This document shows, in pieces, positions 22,329-31,686 of a stretch of DNA of 64,000 nucleotides. The number at the start of each line of letters is the position of its first letter. Within the stretch, counting starts at the first letter, position 1. A program made the position numbers and the translations under genes. Under the pieces are notes generated by a model. That model was not told where the DNA came from and made no database searches. It saw only the letters and a program-made list of their open reading frames with translations. The DNA is from an uncultured Geobacter sp. (GTDB lineage: Bacteria > Desulfobacterota > Desulfuromonadia > Geobacterales > Pseudopelobacteraceae), in contig CAZNWF010000002.1 of NCBI GenBank assembly GCA_964576485.1, positions 7,006 to 71,005 of the forward strand, read 5' to 3'.

Positions 22329-23648
22329 ATGCAAACTATCTTTAGCGATCAGAACGACGAAAGGCTCTCCCGTTCAATTGAGGGTTCTTTAAGCCTGATG
22401 CCGCTTGCCGATCTTATCCAATGGATTGAAACTTCAAAAAAATCAGGCACTCTAATAGCATCACATGAAGACTGTACACGTCGTTTTTTCTTCCAAAATG
22501 GCCGATTGATCTTTGTCTGGTGTGACCGGGAGGGAGAGCGCCTCTATGAAGCGATCCGAGACCAATTCGGGATTGCCATGGAAAAGATACTGGATGCCCT
22601 TAACCAGGCAGAACAACTTGGAATATCATTTGTAGGACTATTATCAAGCGAAGAAGGGATTTCACTTGAACGGCTGGGGGGGCTCATCACCGCTTTGGCA
22701 GAAACATCATTAACCACCTCGCTGGCCTGGCGAGCAGGGCATTTCCGGTTTAATGATTCTCTTCCTGCAGCAGTGCTCTGTGGACCGGTCAATATAAAGC
22801 CGACCCAAGTACTGCTGGACTCTACCGTTCAGATTGATGAAGCCCGCCTTACCGAACAGTCTAACCTCGAACCGGTCTTGAATGAGGTTTATGAGTTGAT
22901 TCGTAAAGGCGCTCTTGATATCCCACCGTTACCTAGTGAGATGCAGACTCTGATGGACAAGATCAACAACCCGAATCTCACAATCGAACAGGTTGTCGAA
23001 TGTCTGACAGACCCGTTACTGGTTTCAAAGATTCTGAGAGTCTGTAATTCTTCTTTCTACGGCAGACGTGGCAAAGTTGATACACTGCGGGATGCTGTGG
23101 TGTATATGGGGCTCAAATCCTTGATGAGTATTGTGACGGTTAATGCGCTTAGCGGTTTTGCACCCCAGCATGCCGAGCAGATTGAGCAGATTTTACACCA
23201 CTCCATGATGGTGGGGATGATTGCAAAACAGCTGACCCGTGACATGGGCGGTAACCATGATCAGGCTTTTGTCTGCGGACTACTGCATGATATTGGCTGG
23301 ATTGCTATGCTTGAAATGCTTTCCAAGTATGATCTGGATAAGAAAAAACGGGATTTGCTCATGCACGAGCATCATGCAACGCTTGGAGCCCTGGTTGCTA
23401 AAAAATGGAATTTTTCAGAAGAGATTCAAGAAGTTATAAAGAACCACCACCATCCTGACAAGTCACAAAACTACAAAAATCTGGTACAGACAATTTACCT
23501 GTCAGACCAACTTGCAAAAAATGAACACCCCCTGCCAGATGATGTTATTTCAGCACTATCATTACACCACGAAAGCTGGTCTGCTCCGTTTACTGATCAT
23601 CTTGATGAGTTGGATCAGGAGATTAACAGTATTCTGTCTCCCCAATAG
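22329..23648 (+). CDS. DUF4388/PATAN-like + HDOD domain protein
   Basis: N-terminal GSLSLMPLADLIQWIETSKKSGTL; HDOD PPLP...DPLLVSKILRVCNSSFYG...GLLHDIG. Confidence 0.85.
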   Translation: MQTIFSDQNDERLSRSIEGSLSLMPLADLIQWIETSKKSGTLIASHEDCTRRFFFQNGRLIFVWCDREGERLYEAIRDQFGIAMEKILDALNQAEQLGISFVGLLSSEEGISLERLGGLITALAETSLTTSLAWRAGHFRFNDSLPAAVLCGPVNIKPTQVLLDSTVQIDEARLTEQSNLEPVLNEVYELIRKGALDIPPLPSEMQTLMDKINNPNLTIEQVVECLTDPLLVSKILRVCNSSFYGRRGKVDTLRDAVVYMGLKSLMSIVTVNALSGFAPQHAEQIEQILHHSMMVGMIAKQLTRDMGGNHDQAFVCGLLHDIGWIAMLEMLSKYDLDKKKRDLLMHEHHATLGALVAKKWNFSEEIQEVIKNHHHPDKSQNYKNLVQTIYLSDQLAKNEHPLPDDVISALSLHHESWSAPFTDHLDELDQEINSILSPQ

Positions 23649-23673
23649 CCCCCGTCAGCCTATGACTTCAGCG

Positions 23674-24567
23674 TCAGCCATAAATGGAATCAACCGTCTG
23701 TTTGACCTGCTGAATCAGCTCCGATAAAGAAGAGCGAAAATCTGCCAGACGCTTTACACCAAGCTTGGTTAGCTGCCGTTCAAGTTCAAGCATATCGACA
23801 CCGTACACCTCACCTTCACGTTGCTCTGCGCTCTCATATTTACAACAAAAACCAACATTCAGGCAAATTTGGTCAGAAATATGAACCAGCTGGGTCAGGA
23901 GAGACATATTTTCTGACTGATTCTCATGATGATGCCGAATGACATCAACATACAGCTCAGGAAAGCGCCACTGTTCTGCCAGCAACCCGCCTACCTCGGC
24001 ATGGCTGGTGCCAAACACCTCCATTTCCGCATGATATAAATCCAACTCCCGTTCACGTGCAAGAACCAGTACACGGGTAAATTCATCCCTGCGCTGCTGA
24101 CTGAGAATGACTTCACCAATATCATGCAAAATACCGGCAATATAGGCCTGATCCTGTGAAATGGTGTCACTGTAGGATGCCAGCTTTTTTGCAACCAGAC
24201 CAACGCCAAAGGCATGTTCCCAGCAATATTGCATGTTAAGTGGGCTACGGCTCTGGGAGTCAGTCAGCTCCAGAAAGCAGGAGGTCAGAATAATTTCAAA
24301 CACCCGTTGTGGCCCCAGGTAAATCAAAGCCTGGCGAACTGAATCAATTTCCTGCAACAACTTATAGAGTGGAGAATTAACAATTCTGATGATACGCGCT
24401 GCCATTACCTGGTCTGACAACAGGATGTCTGCCACCTCTCCCATATCAACTTCAGACTCGTTCAACAACTGTATTGCACGTGAAGCTGCAGCAGGTACGG
24501 TAGGAAGCACTTTGAAAGTCTTCATTATGGCTTGTGCTGTAGCTAGCGGGGTTAAGCCTGTTGACAT
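23674..24567 (-). CDS. HDOD domain protein
   Basis: LPTVP, DQVMAARIIRIVNSPLY, AGILHDIG, HAEVGGLLAEQWRFP. Confidence 0.9.
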   Translation of the reverse strand: MSTGLTPLATAQAIMKTFKVLPTVPAAASRAIQLLNESEVDMGEVADILLSDQVMAARIIRIVNSPLYKLLQEIDSVRQALIYLGPQRVFEIILTSCFLELTDSQSRSPLNMQYCWEHAFGVGLVAKKLASYSDTISQDQAYIAGILHDIGEVILSQQRRDEFTRVLVLARERELDLYHAEMEVFGTSHAEVGGLLAEQWRFPELYVDVIRHHHENQSENMSLLTQLVHISDQICLNVGFCCKYESAEQREGEVYGVDMLELERQLTKLGVKRLADFRSSLSELIQQVKQTVDSIYG

Positions 24568-24763
24568 CGGGAAACTCCTGAAACCAAGTAAATCGGTATG
24601 TAATTTTGTGCACTATAGCAGATGGATACAGGTATTGAAAAGAGTAGTTTCGCTCCTTGACAGTCACTATTTCGTCGCGTAGGGTACCTCTTATGATTAA
24701 AAAAGTGGAATCCAGGCCATTTTTGCTGCATAAATAGGCATCAGTGTTCAAGAAAGGCTACCT

Positions 24764-25336
24764 GTGCGGGTCATTGCCGGAGAGGCCAGGGGGATGCGGT
24801 TGACAGCGCCTCGTGGAACAACAACACGCCCCACTACTGACCGTGTTAAAGAGGCACTTTTTAGTCTACTGGATAGTGCCAACCGTCTGAATGGGGCACG
24901 GGTACTTGACCTGTTTGCCGGCAGCGGCTCTCTCGGTATCGAAGCTCTTTCCAGGGGGGCAGAACATGTTATTTTCATAGAAAAAAACAAACAGGCAATT
25001 GAGGCACTGCAACAGAATCTGCTGCACACCAAGTTCAGTAATCGAGCAGAAGTACACCCTTTTGACTGCCTGCAGGCCCTTGAACGCCTTACACGACGCA
25101 AAGCGCAATTTGATCTGGTGTTACTTGACCCCCCCTATCAGGCGGGACTACATCAAAAGGTAATTGAGTTGGTGGGAGCAACACTGCTTGCTGCAAACGG
25201 CCTACTGGTTGCAGAAACAGCGACACGTACGCCGCTACCGACATGTATCGGCTCTTGTATCCAGGCAGACCGACGAATCTACGGCGACACCGCCCTTGAA
25301 CTCTACATCTTGGAGCAACAAAACCATGCCCCATAG
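24764..25336 (+). CDS. rsmD: 16S rRNA m2G966 methyltransferase
   Basis: RPTTDRVKEALF, DLFAGSGSLGIEALSRG, DPPY. Confidence 0.96.
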   Translation: MRVIAGEARGMRLTAPRGTTTRPTTDRVKEALFSLLDSANRLNGARVLDLFAGSGSLGIEALSRGAEHVIFIEKNKQAIEALQQNLLHTKFSNRAEVHPFDCLQALERLTRRKAQFDLVLLDPPYQAGLHQKVIELVGATLLAANGLLVAETATRTPLPTCIGSCIQADRRIYGDTALELYILEQQNHAP

Positions 25337-25820
25337 CCGTATTGCCATCTACCCCGGTTCTTTTGATCCGATTACCTACGGACATTTAGATATTATCCAG
25401 CGTGGTCTCAAGATATTCAACCATGTAATTGTGGCTGTCGCACGTAATTCCCAAAAAAACGCCCTTTTTAACATTGATGAACGGGTTGAGCTGATTAAGA
25501 CCGTCTTGAAGGACGAACCTCGGGTCTCCGTTGACACCTTTACCGGCCTTCTGATAGATTATGTTGCTTCCAAAGAGGCACATGTAGTCATCAGAGGGCT
25601 ACGGGCTATTTCTGATTTTGAGTATGAATTCCAGATAGCCCAGATGAACAGCACTATCGGCCACGAGGTTGAAACCCTGTTTATGATGACCTCGGTTCAA
25701 TACGGCTACCTCTCTTCCTCAATTGTCAGAGAGGTCTGTGCGTTGGGAGGACCGGTTGACAGTTTTGTACCACCGGAAGTAAAAAATGCCATGCAGCAGA
25801 AATACGGTTTAAACCGATAG
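25326..25820 (+). CDS. coaD: Phosphopantetheine adenylyltransferase
   Basis: YPGSFDPITYGHLDI, RGLRAISDFEYE, SSSIVRE; start at ATG 25326. Confidence 0.98.
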   Translation: MPHSRIAIYPGSFDPITYGHLDIIQRGLKIFNHVIVAVARNSQKNALFNIDERVELIKTVLKDEPRVSVDTFTGLLIDYVASKEAHVVIRGLRAISDFEYEFQIAQMNSTIGHEVETLFMMTSVQYGYLSSSIVREVCALGGPVDSFVPPEVKNAMQQKYGLNR

Positions 25821-25859
25821 GATGTACAACACATCATATAATCAGACCAAGGAGGCAGC

Positions 25860-27059
25860 ATGAAACTCGCAGATCGCGTTAACAAAATCCAACCATCCCC
25901 TACCCTTGCCATCGATGCCAAGGCCAAAGCACTGAAAGCCCAAGGTGTTGATGTTGTCGGCTTCGGCGCCGGTGAACCTGACTTTGACACCCCTGCACAT
26001 ATTCGGGAAGCGGGCAAAAAGGCAATTGATGCCGGTTTTACCCGTTACATGCCGGTTGGCGGCGCTGATGATCTGAAGGATGCCATCATCGCCAAGATGA
26101 AGCGTGACCACAATCTGGAATACACCCGTGACGAGATTTCCGTAGCCTGCGGTGCCAAGCACACCCTCTACAACATCTCCCAGGCCTTGATTCAGGAAGG
26201 GGATGAAGTCATCATCCCTGGTCCTTACTGGGTATCCTACCCTGACCAGATCGTTCTGGCCGGCGGTACACCGGTGTTTATCATGACTGACGAGACTACC
26301 GGCTTCAAGATCACCCCGGAACAACTTGATAAAGCGATCACCCCCAAGACCCGCTATCTGATCTTGAACTCTCCCTGTAATCCCACCGGTTCAACCTACA
26401 GTAAAGAAGAACTGGCAGCCCTGGGTGAAGTGCTGTTGAAGCATGAGCACGTACTGGTGGTAGCAGACGATATCTATGAGCGCCTGATCTATGATGGCCT
26501 GAGCTTCTACAATATTGCCCAGGTGGTACCGGCACTTAAATCACGTACTATCGTTGTTAACGGCGTATCCAAAACCTATGCCATGACCGGCTGGCGGATC
26601 GGTTATGCCTGCGGCCCCAAAGAGCTGATGGGCGCCATGACCAAAATGCAGTCCCAGTCCACCAGTAATGCTACCTCCATTGCCCAGAAGGCATCGGTTG
26701 AAGCACTGAACGGCCCCCAGGAACCGGTTGCAGCCATGTGTGTAGAGTTTGAAAAGCGGCGCACCTACATTGTTGAACGGCTGAATGCCATGCCTGGTGT
26801 TTCCTGCTTCAAGTCAAACGGCGCTTTCTATGTCTTCCCTAACTTCTCAGGCGTCTATGGCAAGTCAACGCCAGCTGGCAAAAAGATCGAGACCTCTTCA
26901 GACTTTGCAGCCTACCTGCTGGAAGACGCAAAGGTCGCTCTGGTTCCCGGCATTGCCTTTGGTGATGATCGTTACGCCCGCCTCTCCTACGCCATCAGCA
27001 TGGAGAACATCACAAAGGGTATGGATCGCATTGAAGAGGCGATTAAAAACCTGAAATGA
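25860..27059 (+). CDS. PLP-dependent aminotransferase class I (aspartate aminotransferase-like)
   Basis: GEPDF, NPTG, DDIYE, SKTYAMTGWRIG. Confidence 0.93.
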   Translation: MKLADRVNKIQPSPTLAIDAKAKALKAQGVDVVGFGAGEPDFDTPAHIREAGKKAIDAGFTRYMPVGGADDLKDAIIAKMKRDHNLEYTRDEISVACGAKHTLYNISQALIQEGDEVIIPGPYWVSYPDQIVLAGGTPVFIMTDETTGFKITPEQLDKAITPKTRYLILNSPCNPTGSTYSKEELAALGEVLLKHEHVLVVADDIYERLIYDGLSFYNIAQVVPALKSRTIVVNGVSKTYAMTGWRIGYACGPKELMGAMTKMQSQSTSNATSIAQKASVEALNGPQEPVAAMCVEFEKRRTYIVERLNAMPGVSCFKSNGAFYVFPNFSGVYGKSTPAGKKIETSSDFAAYLLEDAKVALVPGIAFGDDRYARLSYAISMENITKGMDRIEEAIKNLK

Positions 27060-27070
27060 CCCCACCTGCG

Positions 27071-27096
27071 GGGGACGCTTCGGCGTCCCCTTTTTT
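27071..27096 (+). terminator. Rho-independent terminator
   Basis: GGGGACGC-TTCG-GCGTCCCC followed by TTTTTT. Confidence 0.92.
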
Positions 27097-27122
27097 ACTG
27101 CACGTACTCCATGAGGTCGGCT

Positions 27123-27323
27123 ATGATCACCAAAGATATGATTATCGGCGATATCATCAGACAGCACCCTGCAACAGTACAGGTTTTTGCCCGTCATGGC
27201 CTTGAATGCTACGAATGCCAGATTGCTGATCTGGAGACACTTGAACATGGGGCCGGACACCACAAACTTGATATTGAGATGCTCCTGAACGAACTGAACA
27301 GTAGCCTCAGCTCACCTGCCTGA
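27123..27323 (+). CDS. DUF1858-like small Cys protein
   Basis: MITKDMIIGDII..HP..VF...GLECYECQIADLETLEHGA. Confidence 0.8.
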   Translation: MITKDMIIGDIIRQHPATVQVFARHGLECYECQIADLETLEHGAGHHKLDIEMLLNELNSSLSSPA

Positions 27324-27339
27324 TACCACCGGAGTATCC

Positions 27340-28485
27340 ATGAGTGATTTTGATCAATACCTTGAACATTTCCCTGTCGGGTTGAAGGTCAATGTCGGCA
27401 TTCCGGTACCTGATGGTGATACATTTCACGACTGGGCCATCATCCACACTATTGATGAAGATCTGGTTTCACTGCAGCTTTCCCGCGACACACTCCCGGC
27501 AGGCGTTAAACTCAAAGTTGGTACTATTCTGGATATCCGTGCCGGCAATGAAGTCGAGGGATATTCATGCCGGGCAATTATTGTTGCCGAAGGATATCAT
27601 CGCGAAGTTTTGTTGCGCCTGATTGGCGAGATCGTCTCTTCTGAGCTGCGCGAGTTCTATCGTATTGATGCCTTCCTACCTATTAAATACTTCGTCAGTT
27701 CTAAACAGAGCGAAGTCAAATTAAAGGTGGCCTGGAAAGAAAAACGGGAGGCACGGCTAACTGCAGAAAAAGAACGGAAACAACAGGAAAAAAAACCATG
27801 GGAGCGGCTTCGTCAGCCCCCGGAAACAGAAGAACTGCCTTCTGAAGAGTTTGGTGAGGAAGGACTCTGGGACGACACGGGCGAAGGACTTGATCAGCCA
27901 GACCAGGTAGTTGACGACACCAGAGACCATACCTGGGATGATGTCATACCACTGGCAGCAAATATAAGTGGTGGCGGCATACGGATGCTGCTGCACCATA
28001 AATTTGAAGACGACACGCTGGTGCCGCTTGAAATTTATCTCCCCAGCGAGCCGGAACCACAGATAATTGACGCCGTATGCATTGTTGCCTTTGCCAATGA
28101 AAACTTCGCAGCCACCAGGCAGTTTAACCGGACCAGCTACAACACGGGACTCAAGTTCAAGTTTATTGAAGAACGGGACAGAGATGCCATTGTCAGCTAT
28201 ATCTCAAATGTCCAGCTCAAACGTATCAGGCAGATGCGTGAACAGTATCTCTTCCGTAGCGGTCCAAACATGGATAAACCAGAGGACACCCCGGAACAAC
28301 GTACAAAGCTGCTGATCAGGTCCGTACTCACCATTGGTATTGTTGTTACTGCCCTGATCGGCCTGATTATCTATTTTAAAGGCTATGTTGAAAACCGCCC
28401 GAAAAATGAGATAGAGATCCTGTTTGAAAAGGGATTTAGCGACTATCTAAAAAAGATTGGCAGAGACCCGTCACAGGGGCAGTAG
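27340..28485 (+). CDS. PilZ-domain membrane-anchored protein
   Basis: RxxxR (REFYR) and NISGGG motifs, GLKF, C-terminal TM helix. Confidence 0.8.
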   Translation: MSDFDQYLEHFPVGLKVNVGIPVPDGDTFHDWAIIHTIDEDLVSLQLSRDTLPAGVKLKVGTILDIRAGNEVEGYSCRAIIVAEGYHREVLLRLIGEIVSSELREFYRIDAFLPIKYFVSSKQSEVKLKVAWKEKREARLTAEKERKQQEKKPWERLRQPPETEELPSEEFGEEGLWDDTGEGLDQPDQVVDDTRDHTWDDVIPLAANISGGGIRMLLHHKFEDDTLVPLEIYLPSEPEPQIIDAVCIVAFANENFAATRQFNRTSYNTGLKFKFIEERDRDAIVSYISNVQLKRIRQMREQYLFRSGPNMDKPEDTPEQRTKLLIRSVLTIGIVVTALIGLIIYFKGYVENRPKNEIEILFEKGFSDYLKKIGRDPSQGQ

Positions 28486-28496
28486 TGTTTTCTGCA

Positions 28497-28910
28497 CTAC
28501 TGCCAACCGAGCACCTGGTACCCTTTTTCATATAAGCAAATATCAACAAATCTGCGGTACACCGGTGAATCCTCTGGTCCTTTCATAGCACTGCTCACCA
28601 AGGCCACCGTTCCTCCAGCTGCTGCACCAATCAGACCACCCCGTAAGGCAGAACCACTAATGGCACCGACAACAGCCCCGGTTGCACCACCAACCAGAGC
28701 TGATTTTCCGGTCTTAAGTGCAACCTCGTCTGCAAGCCGTCCTTGTGCATTAGCCTCTTCAGCACGCTTTAAACAGTCATCAATCTCCTGCTGAGCCTTT
28801 TCAGAACCGGTTGAGCGATAGAGTTCATTCGGGTAAAGTACCGGTCTTTTTGCTGCACAACCGCTAATCAGAACGAGTATACAGATGGTGATAATCATCC
28901 TTACGTCCAT
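28497..28910 (-). CDS. Glycine-zipper lipoprotein
   Basis: Lipobox ISGC; GGATGAVVGAISG...GAAAGG; Cys pair. Confidence 0.8.
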   Translation of the reverse strand: MDVRMIITICILVLISGCAAKRPVLYPNELYRSTGSEKAQQEIDDCLKRAEEANAQGRLADEVALKTGKSALVGGATGAVVGAISGSALRGGLIGAAAGGTVALVSSAMKGPEDSPVYRRFVDICLYEKGYQVLGWQ

Positions 28911-28955
28911 TGTCCCCTCCTGTATGGCTACCTCTTACTTTCAAAATTTTACCAC

Positions 28956-28990
28956 AAAAAAGGCCGCCCGACAAATGTCAGACGGCCTTT
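28956..28990 (-). terminator. Rho-independent terminator after the octaheme cytochrome gene
   Basis: AAAGGCCGTCTGAC-ATTT-GTCGGGCGGCCTTTTTT on the minus strand. Confidence 0.85.
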
Positions 28991-29015
28991 CACTACGCTT
29001 ATTTCTATGTAACGA

Positions 29016-30485
29016 TTACTTCTTTTTCTTTTTAGCTGCCTTCTCTACTGAGCGGCCGCCAACCTGCATCGGGTCGCCTTTGTAGCCAAGAGCAGCCCAG
29101 TCCATACGCTTTGCCCCCATGTGGCACTCGCCGCACTGCAGGGCCTGCTCTTTAGGAGCAACTTCGTGAGGCGCAGCCAACCAGGCCACCGTCTTCACAA
29201 ACTGGAACTTACCGCTGTATGGCAGACCAAGATCCTGACCGCCATCCTTCAGCGCCTTCTCCCAGTCATAATGTTCCCAGAGAGATTTATACTGCTGGAA
29301 GGTGTTCAGGTACTTGAATTTAGCATCCATCGGCTGGCTGCCTTCGTAGAACTTATAAGGATAGATTTTGGCAGTTTTATCCTTGATATCGCCCACCGGC
29401 TTGATCATCACCACCGGCTTGGAAGGATCCTTGATCTTGTCACCAACCATATAGCGCTCCATAGTACCATTATACCAGGCGTAGGTCGGCACAAAGTTCA
29501 TGTTCCACTTGAAGGTACCTTTTTTCTTCTGGAAGGTTTCTTTATCAAACTCTTCCTTAGGCTCAATATGCTTGCCGGTATCAGACCACCACCAGCCAAC
29601 TTTGGTCGCCTGACCACGGGAAATAGTGGGGATATGGCAGGTCTGGCAGGCTACGGAAGCGGTATGCTTGTCAAGGATAGCCTTGTTCTTTGACTTCTGG
29701 TGAGGGGCCTTGGCGCCAGTGTGGCAGTCAGCACAGTTTACCCGTGCGTCGTAGTGAGCCATCATGCTGGAAGCGCCAGCGATCTTGTGATCCTTGGTCT
29801 TGTGGCAATCCTGGCAGAGCAGACCAGCGCCGCCTTTTTCCTTCTTGGCCATGTGAACATCTGCGTTTTTATCCGCAGCCAGCAGGGTTGAATCTAGGCC
29901 AGGCGACTTTACTGCATCACCACCGCCGCCATAGAAGTGGCAGTAACCGCAGTTTTGCAGAGTCGGCTTACCAACTGATTTTGCTGCCTTATCAAGATCC
30001 ATGGAGCCTTTTTGAATGGCCTTCATGTCAATATCGCAGCCAACGGCAGCGCGCTCGTAGTTGCCTTTCTGTGCATGGCAGACCAGACAGTCAACCCGGG
30101 TCTTGTCCTTGTGGTCGAACTTTGAGCTGGTCCAGCCATACCCAGCATGGCACTTGCCGCAGGACTCCATCGGCTTGGCATCCTTGCCGTTAAAGACCGT
30201 GGTACAGAAGGAGTTGATCATGTTGAATTTGCCATACTCCTTGGTGCTCTTCTCCATCCCTTTGATATGGTTGGGAGTCCCCTTCCAGTTCCAGTGGGTG
30301 GTCTTCATGAAGTCTGTTGCCTGCTGGTCGTGACACTCAAGACACTGCTTGGTCACATCCTGACCTTTGGTAAAAGGCCCTTTGACGAAATCCGAGTGAT
30401 CAACCCCGGCAAACGCCACGGATGCAACCAGAAGCAGTGCAGTCGCTACTGCAGCCACCACTGTCCGTACACCATTCATACTCAT
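29016..30485 (-). CDS. Octaheme c-type cytochrome, tetrathionate reductase (OTR) family
   Basis: Signal peptide; 8 CxxCH (CLECH, CGKCH, CLVCH, CGYCH, CQDCH, CADCH, CQTCH, CGECH); OTR-like THWNW, GK..MINSFC, CHFYGGGGDAVK. Confidence 0.9.
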   Translation of the reverse strand: MSMNGVRTVVAAVATALLLVASVAFAGVDHSDFVKGPFTKGQDVTKQCLECHDQQATDFMKTTHWNWKGTPNHIKGMEKSTKEYGKFNMINSFCTTVFNGKDAKPMESCGKCHAGYGWTSSKFDHKDKTRVDCLVCHAQKGNYERAAVGCDIDMKAIQKGSMDLDKAAKSVGKPTLQNCGYCHFYGGGGDAVKSPGLDSTLLAADKNADVHMAKKEKGGAGLLCQDCHKTKDHKIAGASSMMAHYDARVNCADCHTGAKAPHQKSKNKAILDKHTASVACQTCHIPTISRGQATKVGWWWSDTGKHIEPKEEFDKETFQKKKGTFKWNMNFVPTYAWYNGTMERYMVGDKIKDPSKPVVMIKPVGDIKDKTAKIYPYKFYEGSQPMDAKFKYLNTFQQYKSLWEHYDWEKALKDGGQDLGLPYSGKFQFVKTVAWLAAPHEVAPKEQALQCGECHMGAKRMDWAALGYKGDPMQVGGRSVEKAAKKKKK

Positions 30486-30597
30486 TCCCCTTTCGCTCTC
30501 CTGCGTATAATGAGCCCGACACTGTGTCGAGCATGACATATAAAACCGGTGTATAAAAACATATCTATATCTTGATGTCAATCATCAGGATGCAGAC

Positions 30598-31686
30598 TTA
30601 AAGACCATTACAGTCCGTTTTGACTGGCTTTTTTAGAGCCGGCAACTTTGCAAGCATCCAGACCACGACACCGATTCCCAGTACCAGGGTCACCAGAAAA
30701 AAGATCAGCGGCGACCACTGCACGTTTGTCGGCACCTTGGTCATATCAAAATAGGGGGCCAGATAACCGGTCCTGACGCTATCACGCATGAATGACATCA
30801 CATAAACCAGCGGCAGGGTCAGACAAAGGGTAGGCACAACTTTACGTTGATACCCGGTAATCAGGCTTATAAGGGCCAGCAGGATTCCTGCTGCCAACAA
30901 ACCCGTAGCAGCCATATCACTTCCCATAAACCGCTTCATCACCTCAGGCGACAGAGTAAGCAGGAACCAGCTTCCCACCAGCAGCTGCAGCCCGGTCAGC
31001 CAGGTAAACAGCTGCATCCCCAGCTTTACCCCCGCATTTGAGACCTCCTTGTCATGTCTGAGTACCACTGACGAGTACAAGGCCACACACAGACCACCTA
31101 CGGCCAGAGAACCGGTCATCATATGCAGGTAGCGCGACACCAGGGTCGGGTCAGCCAGATTCAGCAGCGTGCCTCCTGGCGTGGTAAACCAGCGGGACCA
31201 ACTGACAGGGGAGATCATCAAGGTCATATTATTGGTGAAGATAAAACCAACGGTCATCAACAGCGCCAACGCGGCCAGAAGCAGAAACATGGCCAGATTG
31301 CCCAGCTTTTTAAAACCAAAGTCATAGATATAGATCATGTAGTAGGCAAGGATCATAATCGGGATCACCGCAAGCCAGAACAGCCCCATCAACACCGTAC
31401 TGGAATAGAGCAGATGTCCGTAGATCACGTTGACAAACAGCAATGGGGCAACCCCCAGATTGACCGTAAAGGCAACCAGAAACGGCAGGGCCTTTGCCAG
31501 TTCATGGGAGAGTTCATGGTGAGCACGTCCTGGAAAGAGGTGAGCGATAAAGGCGGTCAGGGCAGTGCCCAACATGGCATTCATGGCAATCAGGTGCAGG
31601 GGAAAGGTCAGCATCAACAAAAACTGAAACCAGCCCCAGCCAGCGGTCAGGGTATCAGCAGTCGGAATCAGGGTAGCCGGATTCAT
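30598..31686 (-). CDS. Polytopic membrane protein, divergent cytochrome bd subunit-I-like partner
   Basis: About 9 hydrophobic segments; FPLHLIAMN, NLGVAPLLF, DPTLVSRYLHMMTG. Confidence 0.7.
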   Translation of the reverse strand: MNPATLIPTADTLTAGWGWFQFLLMLTFPLHLIAMNAMLGTALTAFIAHLFPGRAHHELSHELAKALPFLVAFTVNLGVAPLLFVNVIYGHLLYSSTVLMGLFWLAVIPIMILAYYMIYIYDFGFKKLGNLAMFLLLAALALLMTVGFIFTNNMTLMISPVSWSRWFTTPGGTLLNLADPTLVSRYLHMMTGSLAVGGLCVALYSSVVLRHDKEVSNAGVKLGMQLFTWLTGLQLLVGSWFLLTLSPEVMKRFMGSDMAATGLLAAGILLALISLITGYQRKVVPTLCLTLPLVYVMSFMRDSVRTGYLAPYFDMTKVPTNVQWSPLIFFLVTLVLGIGVVVWMLAKLPALKKPVKTDCNGL

